Below are positions 7,993 to 19,604 of a stretch of DNA of 64,000 bases, one piece after another. Numbering within the stretch: position 1 is the first letter of the stretch; each line of letters opens with the position of its first letter. The stretch comes from Candidatus Multivoradales bacterium. GTDB taxonomy: Bacteria > Acidobacteriota > Thermoanaerobaculia > Multivoradales > JAHEKO01. The translations under genes and the position numbers were made by a program. The notes beneath the pieces are model-generated. The model was not told the origin of the DNA and did not search any database. It was given only the letters and a program-made list of their open reading frames with translations. The DNA is taken from positions 96,028 to 160,027 of the forward strand of contig CBDCXM010000003.1 in NCBI GenBank assembly GCA_965223855.1. Reading direction: 5' to 3'.

Positions 7993-9912
7993 GTGCTGAC
8001 AGAACTCAAGCAGGAATTGCGTCACCACGTGGCCCGGCGCGTTCGGGAGCTCTACGACCTCGAGCATGAGCCGGTGGTCGAGGTGCCGCCGCGCCGTGAT
8101 CTCGGGGACTTCGCCTTCCCCGTGGGTCTCCACCTGGCGCGAGAGCTCAAGCGCAACCCGCGCCAGATCGGCGAGGAGATCGCGAACGGCCTCGAGCTGC
8201 CCGACATCGTCGTCGAGACCCGGGTGGAAGGGGCGGGCTACGTCAACGTCTTCCTCGATCGTTCGCGGATTGCGGCGGGACTGCTCGAAGCGCCTGTCCT
8301 CGAGAAGCCGGGCGAGCCGCTGCCCAAGGTGGTGGTCGAGCACACGAACATCAACCCCAACAAGGCGGCGCACATCGGCCACCTGCGCAACTCGGTGCTC
8401 GGGGACGTGCTGGCGAAGGTCCTCCAGACGCTCGGGCACCCGGTCGAGATCCAGAACTACATCGACGACACCGGCGTTCAGGTCGCTGACGTCGTCGTCG
8501 GATTCTGCGACCTGCGTGGGATGGGTGCCGACGATATTGCCGCGCTGCCGGAGCCTTTCGACTACACCTGCTGGGATCTCTACGCCGAGGTCGGCCGCTG
8601 GTACGAGGAGGATCCGACGCGCCAGGAGCTGCGTCGAAGCACGCTCCACGAGCTCGAGTCGGGCGAGGGGGAACGGGCAGAGATCGGCCGGCTGGTAGCG
8701 AGCCGCATCGTGCTGCGCCATCTCGCGACGATGGCGCGCCTCGGGATCGACTATCACCTTCTGACCCACGAGAGCGCGATCCTCGAGCTCGACTTCTTCG
8801 CCGACGCCTTCGAGCGGCTGAAGGAGAGCGGCGCCGTGCGGCTCGAGACCGACGGCAAGAACGAAGGATGCTGGGTGATGCCGCTCTCCCAGAGCGAGGA
8901 GTTTCAGGGCCTCGAGGACCCCGACAAGGTGATCGTCCGCTCCGACGGCACCGTCACCTACGTCGGCAAGGACATCGCCTACCAGATGTGGAAACTCGGG
9001 GTCCTGGGGCGGGACTTCGGCTACCGCTTCTGGGACGAGGCCAAGCTGTGGCAGACCGTCGCCGACGGCGTGGTCGAGCACCCCGAGTTCGGGGGCGGCC
9101 ACACGGTCATCAACGTCATCGACGCGCGCCAGAGCTACCTGCAGAAGATCGTGCGCGCCGGCGTCGAGGCGGTCGGTCACCCGGAGGAGGCGGAGCGCTC
9201 GATCCACTTCGCCTACGAGTTCGTCTCGCTCTCCGCCGCCACGGCGCGGCAGCTCGGCTTCCTCGGCGACGACGACGAGGGGGAGAGCCTCGAGATGTCG
9301 GGCCGCAAGGGGATCGGAGTCAAGGCGGACGATCTGATCGACCAGCTCGAAGCGAAGAGCCGGGAAGAGATCGCGAGCCGCAACCGCGACCTCGCGGACG
9401 AAGAGCTCGACGCCCTCGCTCACGACATCGCGGTGGCGGCGATCCGTTTCTTCATGACCAAGGCGACCACGACCCGCACCATCGCCTTCGACATCGACGA
9501 GGCGCTCGCCTTCGAGGGGGAATCGGGCCCCTACCTGCAGTACTCGATGGTGCGGGCGCGCAACATCCGGCGCAAGCTCGAGGAGGCCGGGCTCTCCTCA
9601 GACGTCACCGGCGGCGAGATGGCGGCGCTGGCGCCCGAGGTGTGGAGCGACGACCTGTGGAATCTGGTGCTGGCGGTCGGGCACTGCCAGGAGAAGGTCG
9701 CGGCGACCGGTGAGACGCTCGAGCTGTCGATCGTCGCCCGCCATGCGCTCGACCTCGCGCAGCAGTTCAACGGGCTCTACCACAAGCACCCGATCCTCCA
9801 CGAGGAGGACGAGGCGCTGCGAATCGCGAGGCTCGGGGTCACCCGGATCTTCGGTCGCGGCCTCGCCGCAATGACTGAGCTGCTCGGCATCCCGCTGCCG
9901 CAGCGGATGTAG
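7993..9912 (+). CDS. argS: arginine--tRNA ligase
   Basis: GYVNVFL, EHTNINPNKAAHIGHLRN (HIGH), RSDGTVTYVGKDIAY, MSGRKG, GESGPYLQYS. Confidence 0.95.
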   Translation: MLTELKQELRHHVARRVRELYDLEHEPVVEVPPRRDLGDFAFPVGLHLARELKRNPRQIGEEIANGLELPDIVVETRVEGAGYVNVFLDRSRIAAGLLEAPVLEKPGEPLPKVVVEHTNINPNKAAHIGHLRNSVLGDVLAKVLQTLGHPVEIQNYIDDTGVQVADVVVGFCDLRGMGADDIAALPEPFDYTCWDLYAEVGRWYEEDPTRQELRRSTLHELESGEGERAEIGRLVASRIVLRHLATMARLGIDYHLLTHESAILELDFFADAFERLKESGAVRLETDGKNEGCWVMPLSQSEEFQGLEDPDKVIVRSDGTVTYVGKDIAYQMWKLGVLGRDFGYRFWDEAKLWQTVADGVVEHPEFGGGHTVINVIDARQSYLQKIVRAGVEAVGHPEEAERSIHFAYEFVSLSAATARQLGFLGDDDEGESLEMSGRKGIGVKADDLIDQLEAKSREEIASRNRDLADEELDALAHDIAVAAIRFFMTKATTTRTIAFDIDEALAFEGESGPYLQYSMVRARNIRRKLEEAGLSSDVTGGEMAALAPEVWSDDLWNLVLAVGHCQEKVAATGETLELSIVARHALDLAQQFNGLYHKHPILHEEDEALRIARLGVTRIFGRGLAAMTELLGIPLPQRM

Positions 9913-9933
9913 CCGCGCCTTACCGCCTCGGTC

Positions 9934-11994
9934 TCAGTACGCGAGCAGCTCGCGGGCGGCCGCGACGACGTCGTCGGACGACGGCAGCAGCTCCGACTCG
10001 AGCGGACGGGCGTACGGCACCGGCCGGTCGGGGTAGGTCACCCGCCGGACCGGCGCGTCGAGCCAGGCGAAAGCCGAGTCGGCCACCCGCGCCGCCACTT
10101 CGGCGCCGAAGCCCGCCGTCCCCTGCGCCTCGTGCGCCACCACCACCCGCCCGGTCTTGCGCGCCGAGGCGAGCACCGTCTCCTCGTCGAAGGGGACGAG
10201 GGTGCGCAGATCGACGACCTCGGCGGCAACTCCCTCAGCTGCCAGTTTCTCCGCCGCGTCGAGGCACCACCAGGTCGAAGAGCCGTAGCCGACCAGGGTC
10301 ACGTCGCTCCCTTCGCGCCGCACCGTAGCCACACCGAGCGACGCCGGAGGCACCTCCTCCGGCAGCTCCTCCTTGATCCGCCGATAGAGGAACTTGTGCT
10401 CGCAGAAGAGGACCGGGTTCGGATCTCGGATCGCTGCTCGCAGCAGCGCCGCCGCGTCCCGCGCGGTCGCCGGGCAGACGACCTTGAGGCCGGCCACATG
10501 GGCGAACCACGCCTCCGGGTTCTGCGAGTGGAACGGACCCGCCGTGACGCCGCCGCCGGAGGGCAGCCGCACCACGATCGGGCACGGCACCTCCCAGCGG
10601 TAGTAGAGCTTCGCCGCCACGTTGACGAGCTGGTTGAATCCGCAGGAGACGAAATCGGCGAACTGCATCTCGACCACCGACGGGCGACCCGAGAGTGCGG
10701 CGCCGATAGCGATGCCGATCGTGCCGCTCTCGGCGATCGGCGTGTCGAGCACCCGCTCGGGCCACCGCTGGTGGAAGCCGCGGGTGACCCGGAAGGCCCC
10801 TTCGAAGGCGCCGATGTCCTGCCCCATCACGAGCAGGTTCGGATCGGCCTCGAGCTCCGCCTCGAGGGCGCGATGGATCGCCTCGACATAAGTCACCGGC
10901 TCGCCGGCGACCGCAGGTGACTCCTCCACCTCCTCGGTTCGCTGTAGCGACTCCGCAGGCGCGAAAACCGGACGTCTCGCCGACGCCGGTTCCGGAGGAT
11001 CGGCCGCCAGGGCACCGTCGATCGCCTCCTCCACCATCACCGCGATCCGCGCCTCGAGTTGTTCCCGCACCTTCGGCTCGAGCACTCCTTCCGCTTCGAG
11101 GCGTTCCGCGTAGTTGGGCACCGGGTCGGCCGCGAGATAGGCCTCGAGCTCCGCCGGCGGCACCACCTTGAGCGAGTCGTCGCCTTCGCTGTGACCGCGC
11201 ATCCGGCCGAGCATCGCCTCGATCAGGGTGGGGCCTCTGCCGTCACGGCCTCGCGCCACCGCCTTGTCCAGCGCCGCCGCCATCGCATCGGGATCGTTGC
11301 CGTCGACCGTCTCGGCCGCCATGCCGTAGCCCGCGCCGCGATCGGAGAGCTGCTCGCACGCATACTGCAGGGAGGTCGGGGTCGAGAAGGCGTAGCGGTT
11401 GTTCTCGATCACCAGCACCAGTGGCAGCTTCCAGACCGCCGCCATGTTGAGTGCTTCGTGAAAGTCGCCGGTCGAGGTGCCGCCGTCGCCGATGAAGTTG
11501 ATCGCCACACGGTCGGAGCCGGCCTTGCGGTGAGCGAGCGCAGCACCGGCGGCCACCGGGATCATCGAGCCGAGGTGGCTGATCATCCCGATATGGTGAA
11601 TCCCGGCCTCCGGCTCGAAGTAGCCGTAGTGAAACGAACGCTCCACACCCTGCGAGAAGCCCGAGCCCCTGCCCAGGAGCTGGCAGGAGAGACGATGCAT
11701 CAGCACCATCGGGTCGGGCCGCCGACCGTCGCTCGCGCCGAACCCGAAGCCGGGGAAGGCGCGCGCCGGGTCGAGATAGCAGGCGAGGATCGCCCCGAGA
11801 TCGCGATGGAGCGAGCACAGCGTGTCTCCCGGGCCGATCGAGAGGCCCGCGGGCACGGTCGTCGCCTCGTTGCCGACCTCGCTATACCACTTCGCCACCC
11901 GCCCGGTCTTGAGCAGGTACTCGAAACGCGCGTCGAAGTCGCGCGTGAGCTTCATGAGGGCGTACCGCAGCAGGCGGTCGCGGGAGCCGGTCAC
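9934..11994 (-). CDS. fused 2-oxoacid dehydrogenase E1 alpha/beta subunit (TPP-dependent)
   Basis: FIGDGGTSTGDFHEALN...IENN, RMRGHSEGD, RVLDTPIAESG, EMQFADF, GPFHSQNPE; GTG start at 11994 inferred. Confidence 0.9.
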   Translation of the reverse strand: MTGSRDRLLRYALMKLTRDFDARFEYLLKTGRVAKWYSEVGNEATTVPAGLSIGPGDTLCSLHRDLGAILACYLDPARAFPGFGFGASDGRRPDPMVLMHRLSCQLLGRGSGFSQGVERSFHYGYFEPEAGIHHIGMISHLGSMIPVAAGAALAHRKAGSDRVAINFIGDGGTSTGDFHEALNMAAVWKLPLVLVIENNRYAFSTPTSLQYACEQLSDRGAGYGMAAETVDGNDPDAMAAALDKAVARGRDGRGPTLIEAMLGRMRGHSEGDDSLKVVPPAELEAYLAADPVPNYAERLEAEGVLEPKVREQLEARIAVMVEEAIDGALAADPPEPASARRPVFAPAESLQRTEEVEESPAVAGEPVTYVEAIHRALEAELEADPNLLVMGQDIGAFEGAFRVTRGFHQRWPERVLDTPIAESGTIGIAIGAALSGRPSVVEMQFADFVSCGFNQLVNVAAKLYYRWEVPCPIVVRLPSGGGVTAGPFHSQNPEAWFAHVAGLKVVCPATARDAAALLRAAIRDPNPVLFCEHKFLYRRIKEELPEEVPPASLGVATVRREGSDVTLVGYGSSTWWCLDAAEKLAAEGVAAEVVDLRTLVPFDEETVLASARKTGRVVVAHEAQGTAGFGAEVAARVADSAFAWLDAPVRRVTYPDRPVPYARPLESELLPSSDDVVAAARELLAY

Positions 11995-12139
11995 CGGCGG
12001 TGCTCGGTCATGACGCGCGGAGTCTACGGCCGGCTCTCGGGAGCGGGCAAGAGCCGGGAAAGGGGGGACGGTGGACCGTCGCACGAGGTCGCACGGAGCG
12101 CTCTCCGCTTCGAAGCCACTACGGATCGAAAGTTCGGGC

Positions 12140-14404
12140 CTAGAAGATCTGTCCGAGGAACAGATAGACGGAGTTCGTTCCCCGGTCCGACGAACCGTAG
12201 CCCAGATAGAGCGGGCCGACGAGCGTCTCGCGACCGACAAACAGAGCTCCCGAGGTGACGAGGTCGCTCAGGTCAGCCTCTGTCGTGCTCTCCCAGACGT
12301 TTCCTGCCTCGAGCGCCGCGCCCGCATAGAACCCACCGATCCGCCGGTAGTAGCTCAAGCTTGCCAAACCGAGCACCTGGCCCCGGAGCTCACCCGCCTC
12401 GAACCCCGACAGGTTCAGGAACCCGCCCAGCTCGAACTCGGCGTAGATGGGCAGCTCGCTTCCGAGCGGCTCGCCGTAGCGCACCTTCGCGAGAAGCGTG
12501 TCGGGGCCACGGCTCCAGGCCTGAACTCCCCGGACTTCAAGGCGCTCGAACTCCAGGTCGGCACCGAGGTCGGCGCGCGACGCCGCGAGGTCGACGGAGA
12601 CGAAGGCCCCTTCGCGAGGGAAGTGAGTATCGTCGAGCTGGTCGAGCGCGATCCTGACTCTGAGCGCTCCGGTGTCCGAGTCCAGCTCTGCGCCCTGCTG
12701 TGGTGCGAGGTTGACGCGCCCGGTTTCCACGCCCAGGGATAGCTCAGCGTAGTTCTGCAGGTGCACCCCGACATCGATACCCAGGCTGTAGGCCTGGACA
12801 TCGACCTGGCCGGAGTCGTCGGCCCTGTCCAACACCTGGTCTCTCACTCCCGTGACGTAGGGTCTCAGGAAACCGAAGCCGCGGTAATCCAGGGGCTGGA
12901 AGAGCTCCGTCGATATGGAGGTGACGTCACCAGCCTGCACGATCGTTCTCCACTCGGCTCCGAAGGCGTTGAGCTGGCTGCGGCGGATGTTTGCCAGAGC
13001 GAGAAACGAGGACTCGCCCTTGAGATTGGCGCTGAAGGCGAGCCCCGAACGCAGGTAGCCCGGGCCCCAGGTCTTGTCGATGGTGTCGATCGCCAGAACG
13101 GTTCGATTGCGATCCTGCTCGAGCCGGAAGATGACCTGCTCGAACTCACCAATCTGGTAGATGCGATCGAGGTCTGCCCGCAGGACCTCGAGATCGAGGA
13201 CCGATCCGGCTCGGGTTTTCATCCGCCCCCGAATCTGGCGCTCGTCAACCCGCTCCGAACCGCCGACCGCGATTTCCTGCACGACGAGATCACGGGGGCC
13301 TTCCGTCCGCCGCCGTTCCCGGTGCCGAAGGTGCTCGCGGTACTCCTCCTCCGGAACCGAGAGGCGAGCGAGACGTTCCCGCTCACTCCGTGCCGCCTTC
13401 TCGCCAGCTTCGATTGCCTCGACGACCCGATCGAAGCTGGACGAGGTGATGTCCCCCAGCTCCGGAGTCAACAGGAGGTCGCGGCTACCGAGGCTCGCGA
13501 GGGCTCGCTCCCGCTCTCTACGGTTCAGCACACTGAAGGTCTGGCGGACGACCCCCACCGGGGTCTCCTCGTCGCGAAGAGACCGCTTCGGACTTCCGAT
13601 ATCGACGGCCAGCAGGCGCTCGGCCCCCATCGCCCGTCCGACGTCCAAAGGCAGGTTGGAGGCGATGCCGCCGTCCACGAGGGTTCGTCCGTCTCTGTGA
13701 ACCGGCGAGAAGATGCCTGGAACCGCCATGCTCGCTCGGAGCGCTTCGGCCAGACTCCCGTCCTCCAGCACCACGGCGTCTCCGGTCTCGAGGTCTGCCG
13801 CCACCGCCCGAAAGGGAATGGACAGGTCGTCGAAGTGTTCGATCGCCACCGTGTGCAGGGTCAGCTGCCGGAAGATGAAGCTGAGTGTCTGGCCGGAGAT
13901 GAGGCCGGCTGAGGACTTGAGCCCGCCCCGCCCCACTCCGAGTTCCAGCCGCAGCAGCGGAAGCAGGTCGTCCTGCTTTCTTCGAAAGTGGATCTTCCGG
14001 CGCGCAGGGTAGTCGTTGAAAGCCTCGGCCCAGTCGACGGCCCGCAGCGCCGCATCCATCTCCTCCGGCGACAGCCCCGAAGCATAGAGACCCCCAACGA
14101 TGGAGCCCATGCTGGTACCAACGACGCAATCGACCGGGATCCGCAGCTCTTCGAGCACCTTCAACACCCCGACGTGGGCTGCTCCTCTGGCACCTCCGCC
14201 GCTCAGTACGAGACACGTCCTCGGTTGAGGAGCATCCTTCGCCCCGGCCGACCGGGGAGACTCGCACCATCCCCGGCCCGCCGCCAGGAGCAGCAAGGAG
14301 GCCACCAGGCTATGGACTGCATAGGTACGCCCACGGCCGGCACCGCCCCTCCAGGCCGACGGCAGGCTCCAGCAGCCAGAGCTCCTGTGCTTCCGACATC
14401 TCAT
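12140..14404 (-). CDS. patatin-like phospholipase with POTRA and Omp85/BamA-type barrel (PlpD-like, type Vd)
   Basis: LSGGGARGAAHVGV, GTSMG, DGG; POTRA-like segment; C-terminal YLFLGQIF; start uncertain. Confidence 0.87.
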   Translation of the reverse strand: MRCRKHRSSGCWSLPSAWRGGAGRGRTYAVHSLVASLLLLAAGRGWCESPRSAGAKDAPQPRTCLVLSGGGARGAAHVGVLKVLEELRIPVDCVVGTSMGSIVGGLYASGLSPEEMDAALRAVDWAEAFNDYPARRKIHFRRKQDDLLPLLRLELGVGRGGLKSSAGLISGQTLSFIFRQLTLHTVAIEHFDDLSIPFRAVAADLETGDAVVLEDGSLAEALRASMAVPGIFSPVHRDGRTLVDGGIASNLPLDVGRAMGAERLLAVDIGSPKRSLRDEETPVGVVRQTFSVLNRRERERALASLGSRDLLLTPELGDITSSSFDRVVEAIEAGEKAARSERERLARLSVPEEEYREHLRHRERRRTEGPRDLVVQEIAVGGSERVDERQIRGRMKTRAGSVLDLEVLRADLDRIYQIGEFEQVIFRLEQDRNRTVLAIDTIDKTWGPGYLRSGLAFSANLKGESSFLALANIRRSQLNAFGAEWRTIVQAGDVTSISTELFQPLDYRGFGFLRPYVTGVRDQVLDRADDSGQVDVQAYSLGIDVGVHLQNYAELSLGVETGRVNLAPQQGAELDSDTGALRVRIALDQLDDTHFPREGAFVSVDLAASRADLGADLEFERLEVRGVQAWSRGPDTLLAKVRYGEPLGSELPIYAEFELGGFLNLSGFEAGELRGQVLGLASLSYYRRIGGFYAGAALEAGNVWESTTEADLSDLVTSGALFVGRETLVGPLYLGYGSSDRGTNSVYLFLGQIF

Positions 14405-14662
14405 CGCCACGTTTCTTCCAGCAGGACTTTCCGCAAGTCTACTTCGGCCGTCTATGGCGTCACGGTGGCTTCGAGCCGCGAAGCGGCAAACCACGCACTC
14501 GTGGAAGCACGGAAAGACGGGACTCTCGAAGCCGCGGGCGGTAACGAATGAGCGCCGCGCTCCACCAGCGAAGCCAATCCAGCGGCCGTAACGAAGCCGC
14601 CGCCCGGACCCACCATAATGGGCGTATCGGAACCGCCCCTCTTTCCTCCTGCGGAGATCCTC

Positions 14663-15922
14663 ATGCCTCGACTGCGACCCGTACGCCTATCAGCCACCCC
14701 CCGTCTCCTCGCCGCCCTCGCGGCACTCGTGCCGACGCTGGTCGCCACTGGCTGCGACGAGCCCGTCCAGGTCACCCCGCAGTCGGCGACCGCGACCGGG
14801 CGGGTCGTCGGGACCGACGGCACCGGCGCTCCGCATGCTCCGGTGTCGATCACGGTCGCTCACACTCCCGGCACCTCCGCTCCAAGGGTCGCGTCCACCA
14901 GCGCCGGTCTTCAGAACGTGCAGGGGATCGATCTGACGATCACCCGCACCGGAATCCCGATTGCCGAGAGCTTCTATCTGATGAGCCTCTCGCGACCGAC
15001 ACTCCATCCCGACAGCAACGATCCCGACGACGCCGTCGCCGGCGGTGCGGACGCCGACTTCGTCCGCGACAATGTCGGCGACCTCGCCGAAGCCTACGTC
15101 GACACGCACGAGCTCGACGCGACTCTCACCCACAGTTTCAACGACTTTCCTGCGCCGCTTCCGAACGGCGAGACCAATCCGATCCGGCCGGCCGGCGCTA
15201 CCTATCTGGGGAGGATCGAGATCGACGACATCGCCATCCCGTTCAGCGATCCGTCGGCGGTGATCGACGTCCAGCGGCTGGCAACCCTCTTCTTCGACAC
15301 CTTCTCGGCCGCGATCACCGGCGGCGCCGGGGCGAGCTACGTTCTGGGCGGGCCGGACGGCGACGGCGACTTCCGCATGCACTTCGTCCCCCACGTCACG
15401 CACTCGACGGTCACCCTCCCCGACCGCAACGTCAAGGGATTCGGTTTCATCTTCGCGGCGAGTCTCGGGATCCTCGATCCGGTCGTCGGCGCCGTCCCGA
15501 TCGGCTCCGCCGACGTCTACCTGCCGGTCACCGTGCTGCTCGAGCCCGACGGCACAGTCGCCCCCTTCCGGGTGTTCGTCGATCCGTTCAGCATGCTGAA
15601 CTCGGACACCAACCCGCCCGACAACCTCGAGCGGATCATGGTGGTCGCCGAAGGACTGGTCCCGGGCGCGATCGCCTCCGGCGTGCTCGACGCGGTGACC
15701 ACCTCGATCGCCTCGACTTCCCAGGCGACCCTCGACACCCTCGACGACGGGCTCGACCTGATGGCGTCGGTCCTCGATGCTGCCCTGCCCTCGAGCGTCG
15801 ACGATCTGCCCGACGATTGGGACCTGCTTCTCGTTCCGGAGAGCGCCCTCGGCGGCGTGGTGCGCAACCGGATCCTGCCCGCGGCAGGGGGGGTTCCCGT
15901 CAAGCTCTACATCCTGCAGTAG
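14663..15922 (+). CDS. hypothetical acidic lipoprotein
   Basis: Signal peptide with lipobox LVATG-C; host-like codon use. Confidence 0.75.
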   Translation: MPRLRPVRLSATPRLLAALAALVPTLVATGCDEPVQVTPQSATATGRVVGTDGTGAPHAPVSITVAHTPGTSAPRVASTSAGLQNVQGIDLTITRTGIPIAESFYLMSLSRPTLHPDSNDPDDAVAGGADADFVRDNVGDLAEAYVDTHELDATLTHSFNDFPAPLPNGETNPIRPAGATYLGRIEIDDIAIPFSDPSAVIDVQRLATLFFDTFSAAITGGAGASYVLGGPDGDGDFRMHFVPHVTHSTVTLPDRNVKGFGFIFAASLGILDPVVGAVPIGSADVYLPVTVLLEPDGTVAPFRVFVDPFSMLNSDTNPPDNLERIMVVAEGLVPGAIASGVLDAVTTSIASTSQATLDTLDDGLDLMASVLDAALPSSVDDLPDDWDLLLVPESALGGVVRNRILPAAGGVPVKLYILQ

Positions 15923-17563
<1,641 letters not shown>

Positions 17564-17651
17564 CGTCTGCTTTCCTCCTCCGCCCATTCCAGCAGGGGCG
17601 GTGGGAAATCCAACGATCCCGGCCGTCTCACCGACCGAAGGGAGGTTGGCC

Positions 17652-19064
17652 ATGCCATCAGTGATCTACGTACCCGGGCTCCCCGGTTCCACGCTGCGGG
17701 CGCGCGACGGCGCCGGCAGCCGGAAGGTCTTCCCGCCGTCTGTGTTCGACGCCCTGCTCGGGCCCTCGGATGCCTACAAGGCGCTGCTCAAGGGCCCCGA
17801 CGATCTCATGCAGGACGACGGCGTCTTCGCCGGCGAGCCGGTGCGGACGACGAGGTTCCTCGGCTTCGACCTCATGAAGCAGGCCGACACCCTTTACGAC
17901 CTGCTCGAAGGAGCGGGCGTGCCAGCGGCCATGCAGAACCGCTTCGGCTGGGACTGGCGGCGGCCGGTGACCGACGACGCGCTTCCCGGCAGCGCGCTGA
18001 ACCGGCTCGCGCTGGCTCTCGAGCAGACGGCGCAGCCGGTCGCCATCGTCGCTCATTCGACCGGCGGCCTGCTGGTGCGTCATCTCCTCGAGAACCGGCC
18101 CGATCTCCTCGGCGCAGTTTCTCGGGTGATCACGTTCGGCGTTCCATGGGCAGGAACTCTCAAGCCGCTCGCCGTCCTCGCCGGGCAGCACGGTTTCGGG
18201 CCGGTGTCGGCAGCCGACGCGCAGGAGATCTTCGCCTCCGCCTGGTCGGCGCTCGATGTCCTGCCTCGCGACAACGACGTCGGCCTGGTGCGCGACGAGG
18301 CCGGACAGCGGGTCGATCCGTTGTCCGATCTGAGCTGGGTACCGACCGAGTACGAGACCGCGATCGGGAGCCGCGCCGCTCATTCCCTGGCGACGCTCGG
18401 CACACCCGACCAGCGCTGGGAACTGCCGATCCCGCTGACGAACGTCTGCGGATGGGGCACGCCCACCCTGATCGGGGCACTCCTGCGCAACGACGGCTCC
18501 CTGGCCTTCCAGCCCACGGAGTACGAGAACGACACCGGCATCCCGGTCGTCAACCTGCCGGAGGCGTTCCACGAGGGCGACGGCACGGTGCCGTTCGCCT
18601 CGGCCTCGTGGATCGAGGGACCGCTCGTCACCCACCACTTCGTGCCGATCGGATCGACCGAGAACGTGCACGCCTCGAACCGCAGACACAGCGAGCTGTG
18701 GCGCAACTCGTCGGTCGCGGCCCTCGTCGGCAGCCTGCTCGACAGCGGCTTCGCCGAACCGTTCACTACCGCTGCGGTCGATTGGTCGGACAAGGTCGAC
18801 CCCGGCGTTCCGGTCAGGGTTCGCTACGTCCTCAGGTCGGCCGAAGGCGCACCGCTGCTCAACGCTCGAGCGCGGCTCGTCAACCTCGCGGGTGGCGGCG
18901 AGATCGTCTCAGTTCCAGACGCGGACGGCCGCGGACGCTTCGACGACGTCCCGCGCAGCCGCTTTCTGCGGACCCAGGGCGGGCGCTTCCGGCGCGTCGA
19001 GTTTCTGCCGGAGTGGGACGGTGCGCCTACGCAGGAGGTGCAGCGGATGTTCATCGAGCCGTGA
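17652..19064 (+). CDS. LCAT-like alpha/beta hydrolase (lipase/acyltransferase)
   Basis: VIYVPGLPGS, WDWR, AHSTGG nucleophile elbow, GVPWAG, GDGTVP, RHSEL; SD GGAGG. Confidence 0.8.
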   Translation: MPSVIYVPGLPGSTLRARDGAGSRKVFPPSVFDALLGPSDAYKALLKGPDDLMQDDGVFAGEPVRTTRFLGFDLMKQADTLYDLLEGAGVPAAMQNRFGWDWRRPVTDDALPGSALNRLALALEQTAQPVAIVAHSTGGLLVRHLLENRPDLLGAVSRVITFGVPWAGTLKPLAVLAGQHGFGPVSAADAQEIFASAWSALDVLPRDNDVGLVRDEAGQRVDPLSDLSWVPTEYETAIGSRAAHSLATLGTPDQRWELPIPLTNVCGWGTPTLIGALLRNDGSLAFQPTEYENDTGIPVVNLPEAFHEGDGTVPFASASWIEGPLVTHHFVPIGSTENVHASNRRHSELWRNSSVAALVGSLLDSGFAEPFTTAAVDWSDKVDPGVPVRVRYVLRSAEGAPLLNARARLVNLAGGGEIVSVPDADGRGRFDDVPRSRFLRTQGGRFRRVEFLPEWDGAPTQEVQRMFIEP

Positions 19065-19601
19065 TCAGGCGGTCGGCTCCTCCGAGTTCCCGAGCCGATC
19101 GAGCGACCACAACATGGTGACCGCCATCGCACCGGCGAGGGCGTTGATGACGACGTCCATGAGATCGTAGAAACGATTCGGCAGCAGGTACTGGATCCCC
19201 TCGTCCAGCCAGCCGCAGGCGGCGGTCACCAGCACGGCCCAGATCGGCGCCAACCGGCCCCCGCCTGCGCGGAAGGCCTGATAGAGCAGCCCGCCCAGCA
19301 CGCCGTACTGCGCGAAGTGCAGCTTCACCTCGACCGGCGAGACGGAGCGGATGGCGTAGAGATACGCCGCCGCAGCGATCGCCAGCACCGCGAACTGGGG
19401 AGGGCGAAAACGGCGCCTCACCGCCCAGGCCAGCACTGCGACCCCGAGCAGTGCAAGAACGGCCCAGACGGTGAGGCGCAGAAGGTCACGCTCCCGCAGG
19501 AACTCGGCGGCCGGCCGTGCGACGTACAGGGTCGAGTAGATCGCTGCGACCCAGGCGACGGCCAGCCACCCGTACCAGCGTCCCTTGCGGGAAGGCGTCA
19601 C
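19065..19601 (-). CDS. VanZ-like membrane protein
   Basis: KLHFAQYGVLG, DEGIQYLLPNR..DLMDVVINALAG. Confidence 0.8.
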   Translation of the reverse strand: MTPSRKGRWYGWLAVAWVAAIYSTLYVARPAAEFLRERDLLRLTVWAVLALLGVAVLAWAVRRRFRPPQFAVLAIAAAAYLYAIRSVSPVEVKLHFAQYGVLGGLLYQAFRAGGGRLAPIWAVLVTAACGWLDEGIQYLLPNRFYDLMDVVINALAGAMAVTMLWSLDRLGNSEEPTA

Positions 19602-19604
19602 CGG

